64,000 nucleotides of DNA from Octopus bimaculoides (Eukaryota). The stretch is from positions 68,021,235 to 68,085,234 of the forward strand of contig NC_068984.1 in NCBI RefSeq assembly GCF_001194135.2. Reading direction: 5' to 3'. The notes under the pieces were generated by a model. The model saw only the letters and a program-made list of their open reading frames with translations, was not told where the DNA came from and made no database searches. Positions 63,496 through 64,000 of this stretch are shown here, piece by piece. The position numbers and the translations under genes are program-made. The number at the start of each line of letters is the position of its first letter. The stretch's first letter is position 1.

Positions 63496-63893
63496 TTAAT
63501 TCCCTGATTGTGTGTGTGTTGTGTGTGTGCATGTGTATATGTATGTACGTGTGTATGTATGCAAGTATATGTGAATGAGATTGTGTGTAATGATTTGATC
63601 ATGGGTATTTATGCATATATGCAAGCATATAAAAGTGTTCATGAGAGAGACAGAGACAGAGAGAGAGAGAGAGATTATATGGTCCTGCGTATGTGTGTAC
63701 ATGTATAATATAATGTGTGTGCATTGTACGCATACATATATATAGGTACATGTATATACATACATATAAAGGTAAATATATATACATATATATATATGCA
63801 TATACATATATATGTATACGTATATATACACATATATGTGTACATAAATATACATACATGTATATATATATATATGTATAACATATATATGCA

Positions 63894-63985
<92 letters not shown>

Positions 63986-64000
63986 TATGTGTATGCATAT
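63496..64000. repeat. Degenerate (TG)/(TA)/(GA) dinucleotide field
   Basis: Direct reading. Confidence 0.95.

Overview
Eukaryotic, very AT-rich, microsatellite-dense DNA from a gapped short-read assembly (12 N-runs, most flanked by (TA)n/(CA)n). The repeat content strongly suggests an octopus/coleoid cephalopod genome (inference from tRNA-headed SINE families like those described in Octopus; not database-checked). I found no recognisable intact protein-coding gene, rRNA, real tRNA or CRISPR array. Most long ORFs in the track are translations of microsatellites or N-gaps. The window is mainly intronic or intergenic TE debris: four recurring SINE-like families (my labels A-D), remnants of mariner, maT (DD37D), R4/Dong-like, Penelope-like and RTE-like elements, TTAA- and TA-associated MITEs, and a Helitron-like element. 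There are also a few low-confidence candidate exons. Most interesting: (1) a tRNA-headed SINE-like element carrying a decayed Penelope-type minimal hammerhead ribozyme (6745-6995, minus); (2) a 577-bp fold-back mariner built from two transposon 3' ends, with a template-switch scar; (3) a Helitron-like element with a minisatellite of TTCCTGGAA (STAT-like) motifs; (4) repeated use of the SINE-A internal TA tract as a landing site for other elements. Repeat boundaries are approximate unless base positions are quoted.
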